From IMG/VR virus record IMGVR_UViG_3300008262_006988: DNA of 64,000 bases; one strand, written 5' to 3'. Of this stretch, positions 30,334 through 38,851 are shown in pieces; the first letter of the stretch is position 1, and each line of letters starts with the position of its first letter. The notes below the pieces were generated by a model, which saw nothing but the letters and a program-made list of their open reading frames with translations, had not been told where the DNA came from and searched no databases. The stretch comes from a virus. Position numbers and translations under genes: made by a program.

Positions 30334-31188
30334 ATGAACTTAACTCGTACAATGGAACAGCTCGGTGAGCTATATGAAGAAAAAGTAACTTTACCAAAAG
30401 ATACGTTTCAGGTTGAAACTTCGAAAAAAGCTGCACCTGCAAAAGGTAAAGGCAAAAAGCCTTTTGTATCATCACCGTCTGGCCCTGCAGAAGCTGAAGG
30501 TATTAAGGAAGAAACTATAGATCCTAAAACCTCAAAAAAGAATAACTTCTTTGAGCCTAAAAAATTTTCTCAAAATAATGAAAAAACAGAAACACAAAAT
30601 ATAAATAATTTTATGAACAAATCTATTTTTGATAAGCTTTACGAGGATGTAATGTCTGAACGCCTCGATGATACAGAAGTTAATGATGCTGAGGCTCTCG
30701 GCTTGCCTGGTGAAGGCGAAGGCGAGGGTGAGATGGAAGGTGAAGATACTGTCACACTTACCATGGATCGTGAAACAGCACAAAAATTACATGATCTTTT
30801 AATGGGTGTTCTCGGTGGCGAAGAAGAGCCAGCCGTTGAAGAAGAGCCTGAAATGGGCGGTGAGATGAGTGAAGACGCTGAAGAAAAAGACGAAGAAGAA
30901 GAAGTTGATGATGAAGATAGCGACACACTCGGTGAAGCAACAGATATTAAAGAGCTTAAAGGTAAAGGTGAATCCTTACAGAGCAAAAATAACAAGGTCG
31001 GCGATGTAACTGGTAAGCTCACATCAAAAGGTGGCGGAGAAGGAAAAGTAACTGATGAAGTAAGCTCAAAGAGCACTGGTAAGCATGCCATTGTCTCAGA
31101 TACAGATTCCGGCAACCTCAAGGGTAAGAATAATAAAGTTGCCGGTAAGGCATCAAAGGTCGGCGAATATCTCGCTGGTCTCAAGTAA
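30334..31188 (+). CDS. Acidic/low-complexity head-associated protein (scaffold or internal protein candidate) with a nested in-frame start at 30613
   Basis: ATG 30334 follows TAAGTA. E/D-rich middle, K/G-rich C-terminus, followed by a terminator. Confidence 0.55.
   Translation: MNLTRTMEQLGELYEEKVTLPKDTFQVETSKKAAPAKGKGKKPFVSSPSGPAEAEGIKEETIDPKTSKKNNFFEPKKFSQNNEKTETQNINNFMNKSIFDKLYEDVMSERLDDTEVNDAEALGLPGEGEGEGEMEGEDTVTLTMDRETAQKLHDLLMGVLGGEEEPAVEEEPEMGGEMSEDAEEKDEEEEVDDEDSDTLGEATDIKELKGKGESLQSKNNKVGDVTGKLTSKGGGEGKVTDEVSSKSTGKHAIVSDTDSGNLKGKNNKVAGKASKVGEYLAGLK
30600..30607 (+). promoter_or_regulatory. Intragenic late promoter TATAAATA
   Basis: Exact match, 5 nt before the in-frame ATG 30613. 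Confidence 0.7.
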
Positions 31189-31210
31189 GATAAATAAAAA
31201 ATAGATTATA

Positions 31211-31244
31211 AAGAGCCTTATTTTCGAATAAGGCTCTTTTTTTT
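31211..31244 (+). terminator. Rho-independent terminator
   Basis: 12-bp stem aagagccttatt/aataaggctctt, TTCG loop, T-run. Confidence 0.9.
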
Positions 31245-31245
31245 G

Positions 31246-31253
31246 TATAAATA
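31246..31253 (+). promoter_or_regulatory. Late promoter TATAAATA
   Basis: Exact match, 5 nt before GTG 31259. Confidence 0.8.
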
Positions 31254-31258
31254 TTTCT

Positions 31259-31588
31259 GTGAATTTTAAAGACTATTTTAATACGAAGAGTGTTGAGCCG
31301 ACAAAGAAACGACATATGCATCCTATAGGTCGCGATGTTTCATCACATCCACAATCACCGGGTAAATTTGTACCTGATATGCATCGTACTATACATAAGA
31401 ATCAAAAGCTTAACACTCTCATGAAGCAGCAATCAGGTAAGGCAGTTTTGAGTAAAAAAGATATAGCACAAATTGAAGGTGAATTTCCGCCTTTGAGATT
31501 TGACCCTAATAAACCCAAAAAGATAGGTAATACAGGTGTTACACTACGGTTTGATGCTTCTATGAATAGACCTATTATTGAAAAATAA
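31259..31588 (+). CDS. Hypothetical basic late protein
   Basis: 109 aa, GTG start after a late promoter; N-terminus MNFKDYFN. Confidence 0.6.
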   Translation: MNFKDYFNTKSVEPTKKRHMHPIGRDVSSHPQSPGKFVPDMHRTIHKNQKLNTLMKQQSGKAVLSKKDIAQIEGEFPPLRFDPNKPKKIGNTGVTLRFDASMNRPIIEK

Positions 31589-31593
31589 ACACA

Positions 31594-32331
31594 ATGGAGA
31601 CAAAAGATTATTATACAGGCGGTATTGAGACAAGTGTATATCCTATGTCTTTTCAGGATAACGAGTGTTTTCGTATTACTGATAAAGATAATAATGAGTC
31701 AGAGCGCTTACTTGTATCAAATTACTGGCGTGAATTAATAAATCTTTACGGTCAAAAAATTAATTATTACGTTAATAATTTCGCTCTATCATCTGCAGAT
31801 TTATTGTATGGTGAAGAGCCATTACAAAAATTCTCACCACCTGTTGCAATATTGGCGGCTGTCAATCTTAATGATAATGCTTTAATGTTGAGTAAGTACG
31901 GTCTTCTTTCAGAAGATGAACTAACAGCATTTATTCATATAAGTGGGTTTTACGCTACCTTCGGTTACGATAAGGAGCCAAAATCAGGTGATGTGTTTCA
32001 GTTAATTGAATATGGTAGAGATAGACCAGGTGGACGTGATGGTAAGTTTTTTGAAATAACGGAGCGACTTGATGAAGATGTCGCACAAATAAATGCACTC
32101 GCCGGTCATTATGTCTGGTTGATTAAAGGTAAACGATTTGAGACATCGTTTGAGCCGGGGTTATCAGCTGACGCTGTTAATAATCAGGTATATGATGATA
32201 CAAAGAATACTTCTTTGACGGCGATGTCGGGTGCAAATAAGCCTTACTCGTTCAATGTCGATGTTGAGTCTAAGACCATTTTTGATTATTCAAAAACTGA
32301 TTATAGCGACGTTTACGGTGGATATTATTAA
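31594..32331 (+). CDS. gp14: Neck/head-completion protein gp14
   Basis: ELINLYGQKINYY..LLYGEE..LSKYGLLSEDELT..EPKSGDV..FFEIT pattern. Confidence 0.8.
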   Translation: METKDYYTGGIETSVYPMSFQDNECFRITDKDNNESERLLVSNYWRELINLYGQKINYYVNNFALSSADLLYGEEPLQKFSPPVAILAAVNLNDNALMLSKYGLLSEDELTAFIHISGFYATFGYDKEPKSGDVFQLIEYGRDRPGGRDGKFFEITERLDEDVAQINALAGHYVWLIKGKRFETSFEPGLSADAVNNQVYDDTKNTSLTAMSGANKPYSFNVDVESKTIFDYSKTDYSDVYGGYY

Positions 32332-32603
32332 GTGTCGGTACTTCTACTATAAAAAGCATCGTAATCCGGCACTCGCTCATTTCGGTAAATACCTATCATC
32401 TTATCTGCTTCTCTGCAACTACTAAACGGTATTTTTACCCTATTGCGCTGTGTATCAACAAATGTATAAATAAGCCCGTTCTCTTCTTTCTCGATTTTTA
32501 GAATAAAATAAGTAGTACCGGGTATCAGTTTTTCACCCGTCTGTGTTTGTCGTATTCTTAACTGTGAATTAACTGTGAATTGTGTACCGGTAATGTAGTG
32601 CAT
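32328..32603 (-). CDS. Hypothetical protein
   Basis: 91-aa ORF with ATG start in a minus-strand run. Confidence 0.55.
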   Translation of the reverse strand: MHYITGTQFTVNSQLRIRQTQTGEKLIPGTTYFILKIEKEENGLIYTFVDTQRNRVKIPFSSCREADKMIGIYRNERVPDYDAFYSRSTDT

Positions 32604-32815
32604 GTAAAGTCAATTTGATCATCATTTTGTTCGAGAATCTCAAGTTCACACTTCATAGATTCATATCGTTCTGTAATATATTTTTGAAAAGCAAGCGGCT
32701 TAATCCAATCCATATCTTCATTCTGCAAGCGGTGACCGAGCTGTTTCATTTTACCTGAAACAATGTCGACAGCTTCAAGTAGACAAAGCCAACGTGTATA
32801 TTCATTTTTCGACAT
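32558..32815 (-). CDS. Hypothetical protein
   Basis: Likely start is ATG 32815, just after the upstream stop (track extends to 32911). Confidence 0.55.
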   Translation of the reverse strand: MSKNEYTRWLCLLEAVDIVSGKMKQLGHRLQNEDMDWIKPLAFQKYITERYESMKCELEILEQNDDQIDFTCTTLPVHNSQLIHS

Positions 32816-32819
32816 TGTC

Positions 32820-33284
32820 TCACTGCCCTTTGATGTATTTATTGTTATGTGCTCGTTTGAGTGTTTCTGTTGCATACCCGAGTAATATACATGAAATATC
32901 CTGTACGTCAATATTTTTTTCGTCGACAGATAAAGTTTCTGTCGCTACATATAGAGTTTCAAAAAAAGATATTATTGTTTTTTGAGCATTTTCATATATT
33001 GAAATAGCTAGTAATCTTTCTTTATCATCAGTTATATTTTTTTTAAATGCTGAAATTATAGTATTAATATACAATAAAATAATATTTTTTAAAAATAAGT
33101 TGTACGTTGTTGATGCTTTATAAAATGTATAACCTTCATCAAATTTTTTTGCTTGATCAATAGTTAAAAATTGCTTCAATTGCATTGTGAGTCGATCGTA
33201 GTCGACAGCTTCAGGCTGCAATTTTTGCGAAAAAATATCGTTAGGTTTTTCCGTCGTAATATTAGCTATACTATTTGGTATCAT
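32820..33284 (-). CDS. Hypothetical protein
   Basis: 154-aa helical ORF in an operon-like run. Confidence 0.55.
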   Translation of the reverse strand: MIPNSIANITTEKPNDIFSQKLQPEAVDYDRLTMQLKQFLTIDQAKKFDEGYTFYKASTTYNLFLKNIILLYINTIISAFKKNITDDKERLLAISIYENAQKTIISFFETLYVATETLSVDEKNIDVQDISCILLGYATETLKRAHNNKYIKGQ

Positions 33285-33693
33285 CTATTTTCGGTATGCT
33301 AATTTTTTGTGTACTTGTCTCAAGTATAGGTTGAGTTGCAAGAGCCGTGTCAATATTAATATATACTTTAATAAGTTTTTGGCAAGTAACGCATGTATAC
33401 TGATTGTCAGTGTTAAATCTTAGTGGAACGATTTGCTTGTGATTCGCAGAACATGGACACGTTACCTCGGTTGTCTGGAAGCTAAGTTCTTTGAGCTGCT
33501 CGAGTTCTATTTTACGTACCCGTAAAATAGTAATACTATCGACAATATAATTAAACCCGTTATATAATGCAAATTGTATAACAAGACTAGTAATTACTGA
33601 TACAAATATATTTACACCAACAGTTACAAAGAAAAGTGTAATAGCCGATGTTATTGTAATAAGCAGTAAAAGCTGCTTTATAAGTGTTTTCAC
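33271..33693 (-). CDS. Membrane protein with two N-terminal TM helices and a putative Zn ribbon
   Basis: Hydrophobic residues ~5-45, then CPC...CVTC. Confidence 0.6.
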   Translation of the reverse strand: MKTLIKQLLLLITITSAITLFFVTVGVNIFVSVITSLVIQFALYNGFNYIVDSITILRVRKIELEQLKELSFQTTEVTCPCSANHKQIVPLRFNTDNQYTCVTCQKLIKVYINIDTALATQPILETSTQKISIPKIDDTK

Positions 33694-33702
33694 ACAATTA
33701 AC

Positions 33703-34104
33703 TTAAGAAACAGGTGGCGCTTTTTCAACTCTTTCTTTTGCTTTAGCAAAATAAGAATTTAACTCAAAAAGTGATTTTTTTAAAGCGGTAATAATCTCAG
33801 TAATTTCTTCCTCCATTTGTTTATTTTGCTTTATTGCAGGATTTTTAAGAGCATTTTTAAACATTGTAAGTGCATTTGATGTACCGATAATTAAGTCACC
33901 AAAAATTGAGACAGTGTTTGGAAGCGGGTATGGCATAACATTACCCGCTTTTGCAGTGTTAGGGCTTTGCGACTCGTGGTCTTTATTCGCATTTACTATA
34001 TCTTTAAATTTTAACTGCTGTGTGCCAAACTCTTTTCCAGCAATACCTTGTACCCATTTATTATAGTACATTGTAGCATCTTCAAATAACAGCTTATTTT
34101 TCAC
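33703..34104 (-). CDS. Hypothetical late protein
   Basis: GTG start 5 nt after TAAATA (34110-34115). Confidence 0.6.
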   Translation of the reverse strand: MKNKLLFEDATMYYNKWVQGIAGKEFGTQQLKFKDIVNANKDHESQSPNTAKAGNVMPYPLPNTVSIFGDLIIGTSNALTMFKNALKNPAIKQNKQMEEEITEIITALKKSLFELNSYFAKAKERVEKAPPVS

Positions 34105-34109
34105 AAAAA

Positions 34110-34131
34110 TATTTAATACGTTGTATAAATA
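34110..34131. promoter_or_regulatory. Back-to-back late promoters
   Basis: TAAATA (-) at 34110-34115 and TATAAATA (+) at 34124-34131, each 5 nt from its start codon. Confidence 0.8.
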
Positions 34132-34136
34132 ATTAT

Positions 34137-34535
34137 ATGAGTTTGTTTAGCAAAAAATTTAATTATATACTCGAAGCTGATGAAGAGCCACAACCAGCGC
34201 CTGCTAGTGATCGTGAAGCGATGGCTCAACAACTTGATACAGCAAGACCAAGTGATTTTGATGTACAGCAAGCAGGAAGAGCGCAATTAGTAGATCAACA
34301 TAAAGCTAATCAAATTAAGCAACTCGATGAATGGATTGCGCAGCTCGATTCCTTTATTGAATTTTTAAACGGTACATCGCCAGAGTCTATTCAGTCAAAA
34401 TTACATGAAGCTCCTTGCGAAACTATCTTTCAAGACATTGCACGTAGTGAAAAGAAAAAAATCTCACGTCTTGCTGCTGAATTAAGCTCGTTAAGTGAAT
34501 CATTCAAAGGATACAAAATATCCGCTAACGATTAA
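34137..34535 (+). CDS. Hypothetical late protein (candidate internal head protein)
   Basis: N-terminus MSLFSKKFNYILEA; late promoter. Confidence 0.6.
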   Translation: MSLFSKKFNYILEADEEPQPAPASDREAMAQQLDTARPSDFDVQQAGRAQLVDQHKANQIKQLDEWIAQLDSFIEFLNGTSPESIQSKLHEAPCETIFQDIARSEKKKISRLAAELSSLSESFKGYKISAND

Positions 34536-35562
34536 TATTACTGAGCATTAATTTTGCTTTTATACCTGAAAAACTGTTCTTAATAAAAAGTGATGGTTGT
34601 ATTTCATACCTGTCACAGGCAATACAAAGATCGTTTATGTCTTTAAATTGTCTCCCTATCTGCTCAGGCCATATAAATACTGTTTCACCTTGATCAATTA
34701 AAATTTCTGTTTTTTTGTGACTAGCATTATCTAACCACTGACTATCTAAGACCCATATCTTTTTATACAGTCTAAAAAGTGACAATTGTTGTTCTTGTAG
34801 AACAGTGAATGTCTTGCTGCTTTTCTCTTGGATGCCTGCAACGGCTGTTGCATTACGTACAAAGAAAGCATCGATAGGTCCTTCAAAAATAAAAATATAA
34901 TCTAATGATGGGTCAATTTTATTAATATTGAATAAAGATCTTTCCCCGTTTATTTTACCGAGATACTTTGGTCTGAGGTATGTATCTTTTTCATATATAG
35001 CTCTTGTCTGGTAAAAGATAATATCACCATCTTCGTTGTAAAATGGTATAATGATGCGGTTCTTATGTACTTTATCTGTTAAAGAGAGCCAAAGAGTATC
35101 AGGTCTGTTTACTGCCTTATCAATACGTCTCTCCTTTATAAGCTTTAATGCATCAGTTACTACTTTATTCTTGTTATAAAAGTGTAGCTGACTCTCATCA
35201 TATAGGTTAATGCTATCAAGCGGCAACACGTGTTGATAGGTCTTCGTAGGCTCAATATCACTTTCATAGTGTAAGATGTCGAGCGGCAGTACATCGAAAT
35301 GCTGAGATTCTTTGTAAATTTCTTCTCTAGTGAGACCTGATACCTGCATTATCCATTCGAGGGGATTGGAATACCAGCCACAATTGTGACAGCAAATGGC
35401 ATTTTTATCTATTAGATAGTAACAACGTTTTTTTCGTCCCCATGAACGACCTTCACGACATATAGGACAGCACGCTTCATGAGCTTTAGAAAGCTTCTTG
35501 TACTTCGGAAACCCTGCATATTGATAGAATTTCTGTACAATATACTCTAACGGTAATATCAC
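34525..35562 (-). CDS. gp61: DNA primase gp61
   Basis: Zn finger CPIC..CHNCG, RIIIPF..FYQTR, TOPRIM FEGPIDAFF..WVLD, KDIND. Preceded by TTGTAA-16-TATAGT-6-GTG. Confidence 0.93.
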   Translation of the reverse strand: MILPLEYIVQKFYQYAGFPKYKKLSKAHEACCPICREGRSWGRKKRCYYLIDKNAICCHNCGWYSNPLEWIMQVSGLTREEIYKESQHFDVLPLDILHYESDIEPTKTYQHVLPLDSINLYDESQLHFYNKNKVVTDALKLIKERRIDKAVNRPDTLWLSLTDKVHKNRIIIPFYNEDGDIIFYQTRAIYEKDTYLRPKYLGKINGERSLFNINKIDPSLDYIFIFEGPIDAFFVRNATAVAGIQEKSSKTFTVLQEQQLSLFRLYKKIWVLDSQWLDNASHKKTEILIDQGETVFIWPEQIGRQFKDINDLCIACDRYEIQPSLFIKNSFSGIKAKLMLSNINR

Positions 35563-35599
35563 ATATTAACTATATATGACTGCTGGGAATTTACAAGCT

Positions 35600-35776
35600 T
35601 TATTTTTGTATATCTGTTACAGAAACGACACCCTTACGAATAAATGCACCTGAAGCAGGATCGTAATACTCTGCTTCTACAATTTCTTTACCCTCTCGGA
35701 TATATTTTTTAAGAATAGGGCGAGAAGGCTGTCCACTTATAGGTGATGTGATGATCTTTGGTTGAATTATATCCAT
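35600..35776 (-). CDS. 58-aa small late protein (below the ORF-track cutoff)
   Basis: MDIIQPKIITSPISGQPSRPILKKYIREGKEIVEAEYYDPASGAFIRKGVVSVTDIQK. TAAATA (35782-35787) lies 5 nt before the ATG, and the ORF fills the gap exactly. Confidence 0.8.
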   Translation of the reverse strand: MDIIQPKIITSPISGQPSRPILKKYIREGKEIVEAEYYDPASGAFIRKGVVSVTDIQK

Positions 35777-35784
35777 GTTATTAT

Positions 35785-36087
35785 TTATGCTTGTGCGGTA
35801 TTTTTAAAATATTGTGCCACACAAGCCTTATAAGCGTATTTAGGTAATTTCTCTACAACATCAACTATACGCTCTTTTACCCCGAGATTAAACTTATCAA
35901 TAGGTATTTCACGTATCTTCATTTCCGGTAAAACAAGAAATGAGTGAACGTTTTGACCTTTTTTTGTAGAGATGTAGACAAGGAGTTCTCCTAGATATAC
36001 ACCACCGGTAACCGCATATATGTATCTTTTCTTAGGGTGTACTGACGAAAGCTTACTCGTCAGTATCTTCGTCAGATAGTGAAGCAT
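35785..36087 (-). CDS. Hypothetical protein
   Basis: 100-aa ORF in an operon run; start uncertain. Confidence 0.5.
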   Translation of the reverse strand: MLHYLTKILTSKLSSVHPKKRYIYAVTGGVYLGELLVYISTKKGQNVHSFLVLPEMKIREIPIDKFNLGVKERIVDVVEKLPKYAYKACVAQYFKNTAQA

Positions 36088-36397
36088 TTTGAAAGAACTT
36101 GTTTACGAGTGTAGCGAGTGAATCAGCTTCTTGCTGTGTATGTGCACAAATGTATTGAATTGGTGTACCATCGAAAGTATAACCAAGAACAATAAAGCAG
36201 TTTAAAAATTCTTCTATAACACCAATAAGCGATTCAAGATTTTTTTTAGTAATATTTTTTTCCTGAATCTTTTCTTTCAAAAAGCTAGAAAGAGCAGATT
36301 GGATAACCTCTTTTGCTGATGCATCTTTATTCGGTGTAAACGAATTATTGTTATCAGGATCCTGAGGCTTCTTGTGATTGTTCTTGTCCTTCATCAT
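36053..36397 (-). CDS. Hypothetical protein
   Basis: 114-aa ORF with an acidic C-terminus. Confidence 0.55.
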   Translation of the reverse strand: MMKDKNNHKKPQDPDNNNSFTPNKDASAKEVIQSALSSFLKEKIQEKNITKKNLESLIGVIEEFLNCFIVLGYTFDGTPIQYICAHTQQEADSLATLVNKFFQNASLSDEDTDE

Positions 36398-36743
36398 TAT
36401 TATTTATCTCTTTTGATACAAATCGTGATCTGCCTTGATAATGAGTATTAGATACACCCTTGGTTATCAAGTAGTCAATAATCACTTCGATACTGCTTGT
36501 GTTAAGAAAAATATTTTTAGGCATACTTACACCACCGTCGTTAAATTCAAACATAACATCACCGAGACTATCTTTATTATTGTAACAAGTAATAAACACA
36601 GATCTTTCACCAGGATTAACAATTGCTGTCCATCGTCTTGGATCAGCTTTATCATACATTGTGAAAAGCTTGATTGCTATAAACCCGTTATCACGCAATC
36701 TTTTTATAAAATAACTCGGTGTTTTAAGTTTGTTCTTACTCAT
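36354..36743 (-). CDS. Hypothetical protein (N-terminus weakly HicA-like)
   Basis: MSKNKLKTPSYFIKRLRDNGF; immediately downstream of the clamp gene. Confidence 0.55.
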   Translation of the reverse strand: MSKNKLKTPSYFIKRLRDNGFIAIKLFTMYDKADPRRWTAIVNPGERSVFITCYNNKDSLGDVMFEFNDGGVSMPKNIFLNTSSIEVIIDYLITKGVSNTHYQGRSRFVSKEINNNDEGQEQSQEASGS

Positions 36744-36744
36744 A

Positions 36745-37476
36745 CTAATTTGCTAATGCTGATATAATAAATTTAATCTTCGTTTTCTCAAGCTCAATGT
36801 TAAAAGTCATAACACCTAGCGACGATGCTATATTACATACTGATGTATTAAATTTCATAGAAGAAATTATTCTAAATATCTCAAAATTCAATGGTAGTGG
36901 CTTGGTGTTTGGTTTACCTGTATAATCTGATGAAATAAGTAACCCATAAGAGTCAGTGTTCGCTCTTGCATGATCTGTTAATTCACCGTGTACTTCTTTA
37001 TCAATAAAAGACAAGTAGATCTTATTTGTATCAGTAGCTATTGTACTACCCTTTACGAGGGATGATATTGATGCATATGCTAGAGTAAATTTGCTATCAA
37101 AATCGATAGTCTCAAGCTTTTTAAGATCTATCTTGGGTACAGTAATAATACCGTCATCATATAAATGATATTTAAAACGTATCGTTTTTGAGCTATAACT
37201 TATATTATTACTGCTTAATGTTAATTCGAAACCCGGTGTTTCAATACACTGAATTACTCTACATAATTTCTTTACGTCAGGTATATTAAGAGTAGCTTCA
37301 CAATCTATGCTTTCATCTTCATAGCTAATAGAAATAATACTCGTATTATCTGCTGTGCTTACCAAGCTATCGATTCTGCCCGGTGTAATCTTAAGAGTAG
37401 CACTTTCTGCTATCTTACCTATTGAAATAAGAAAATTATTAAGAAATATATCCTTATTAGGAATTGTTAATTTCAT
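36745..37476 (-). CDS. gp45: Sliding clamp gp45-like
   Basis: 243 aa alpha/beta clamp pattern (LNIPDVKKL..KTIRFKYHL..FIISAL) in the replication cluster; promoter TTGCTT-16-TATAAT-6-ATG. Confidence 0.75.
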   Translation of the reverse strand: MKLTIPNKDIFLNNFLISIGKIAESATLKITPGRIDSLVSTADNTSIISISYEDESIDCEATLNIPDVKKLCRVIQCIETPGFELTLSSNNISYSSKTIRFKYHLYDDGIITVPKIDLKKLETIDFDSKFTLAYASISSLVKGSTIATDTNKIYLSFIDKEVHGELTDHARANTDSYGLLISSDYTGKPNTKPLPLNFEIFRIISSMKFNTSVCNIASSLGVMTFNIELEKTKIKFIISALAN

Positions 37477-37518
37477 ACCATTATTATATACATTTAAACA
37501 GACTAAGCAACGTCTGTA

Positions 37519-37950
37519 TCAGTCCTTTTTTTTATTGGCTGACGTAATAATATCGGTAAGTTCGCGAACGGATGTGTGAAGATCTCTCAATTCGCGTGTA
37601 TGTGAATTGAGGACTTTCATTATCTCCTCGTAATAGCTCGGATTAAAATCAAACTCTAACTGACCATTATCTGTTACTTGTTCTGGTGCAGGCTGCGGTA
37701 GTGATTGTTGTATTGCAGGTGCTGTGATAGGCTGCTGAGGAACTGGTTGTGGTGGTGGTTGTATAACACTCTGCGGTTGCGGGATGCTTCTTAGTACTGC
37801 TTCCGGTTGAAGCATCATCCCGTTAAGTGTATTAGTTTTATTAATAATATGTGAATCAAGTGTCTTTAATTCACCTATATTCTCTCCCATGAATTGGAGT
37901 ACCGCCCGCTGAATTTCAGCGGGCGTTGGCTCTCTAAATGCATCATCCAT
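37519..37950 (-). CDS. Hypothetical protein with P/Q-rich linker and C-terminal coiled coil
   Basis: 143 aa between SSB and clamp; contains QLEFDF. Confidence 0.6.
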   Translation of the reverse strand: MDDAFREPTPAEIQRAVLQFMGENIGELKTLDSHIINKTNTLNGMMLQPEAVLRSIPQPQSVIQPPPQPVPQQPITAPAIQQSLPQPAPEQVTDNGQLEFDFNPSYYEEIMKVLNSHTRELRDLHTSVRELTDIITSANKKKD

Positions 37951-37952
37951 TA

Positions 37953-38819
37953 TTATTCAAGCCCCTTGAGAAGGTCTTCGATTGTATCATCAGCAAATGT
38001 TGAAGATGTTTGCTGTGGTGTCGGTTGTGTTGGTGTAGGTACGCTCTTGACAGGTTGCGGCACTTCTATATCCTTACTCTCTTCTGTGACATCATCGCTT
38101 GTTTCAATTCCGTAGTAATGTTCATCGAGGAGCTGTTTAATCTCATCATTATCTTTCATTGTAACAAAAGACTCAAGATCAAATGCTTTGTTATAGATTT
38201 CTTTAATATCATCCTCTTCAACTCCAGGTATTTCTTTCGGTAGAGCGAATTTTGATGATACGTATGTAGGGTAATCACCTTGCTTCTCTACTTTAATTCT
38301 AAAGCTACATCCCTTAGGAGAAAGATCAAAGATTCTTGGTCCGAAGTCAACTGCTTCTTCACCCTGCATAGCATCCATAATAATTTTATGGAGCTGTTTA
38401 CCGAAGCGAAGAACTTTAACTTGTCCATTATTTTCTTCATTTACAGGATCATTAACTACATAAACATTCACATACCAGCTTTCACGTCGCGTCAAAGCAA
38501 CAGCTTTTGCTTTTTCTTCCTCAGTACCGGTTCGAAGAATACGATAACGCTCTTCCGCGATCAAATCACGCTTACCCCAGGTAGCAGGGCTTGTAATATT
38601 AATAAGCTGACCGTTTGCAAAACTCTTCCATGTATATGCATAATAATGAAAGAAAGTCTTAGCAGGATCCTTAACATTAGGAAGTAGGCGTACGGTGTAT
38701 GTATTACCTGCTTCTGTCTTGAGGATATCTTTATACTTGTTTGTTGTTGGTGCCGTTTCTTTAGTAAGGGCGGATTTAATGCTTTCGAACATATTGGATG
38801 TAAATGCTGTTGTGCTCAT
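37953..38819 (-). CDS. gp32: Single-stranded DNA-binding protein gp32
   Basis: VRLLP, YVNVYVVNDPVNEENNGQVK..FGKQL, IFDL..GCSFRIKV, YPTYVSSKF, acidic tail EDLLKGLE. Confidence 0.9.
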   Translation of the reverse strand: MSTTAFTSNMFESIKSALTKETAPTTNKYKDILKTEAGNTYTVRLLPNVKDPAKTFFHYYAYTWKSFANGQLINITSPATWGKRDLIAEERYRILRTGTEEEKAKAVALTRRESWYVNVYVVNDPVNEENNGQVKVLRFGKQLHKIIMDAMQGEEAVDFGPRIFDLSPKGCSFRIKVEKQGDYPTYVSSKFALPKEIPGVEEDDIKEIYNKAFDLESFVTMKDNDEIKQLLDEHYYGIETSDDVTEESKDIEVPQPVKSVPTPTQPTPQQTSSTFADDTIEDLLKGLE

Positions 38820-38851
38820 ATTTAGTCTTTATAGTAAGAAAGTATAGGTCA

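Noticed and set aside
30532-31184. Antisense ORFs, including the 181-aa Ser-rich one
   Set aside because: They are the reverse-complement of GAA/GAT-rich codons on the sense gene. The same applies to most other short antisense ORFs in the track.
38560-38660. gp32 lacking the T4 zinc ligands
   Set aside because: The substitution is real (SPATWGKRDLIAE), but zinc-free gp32 is common among T4-like phages, so it is not novel.
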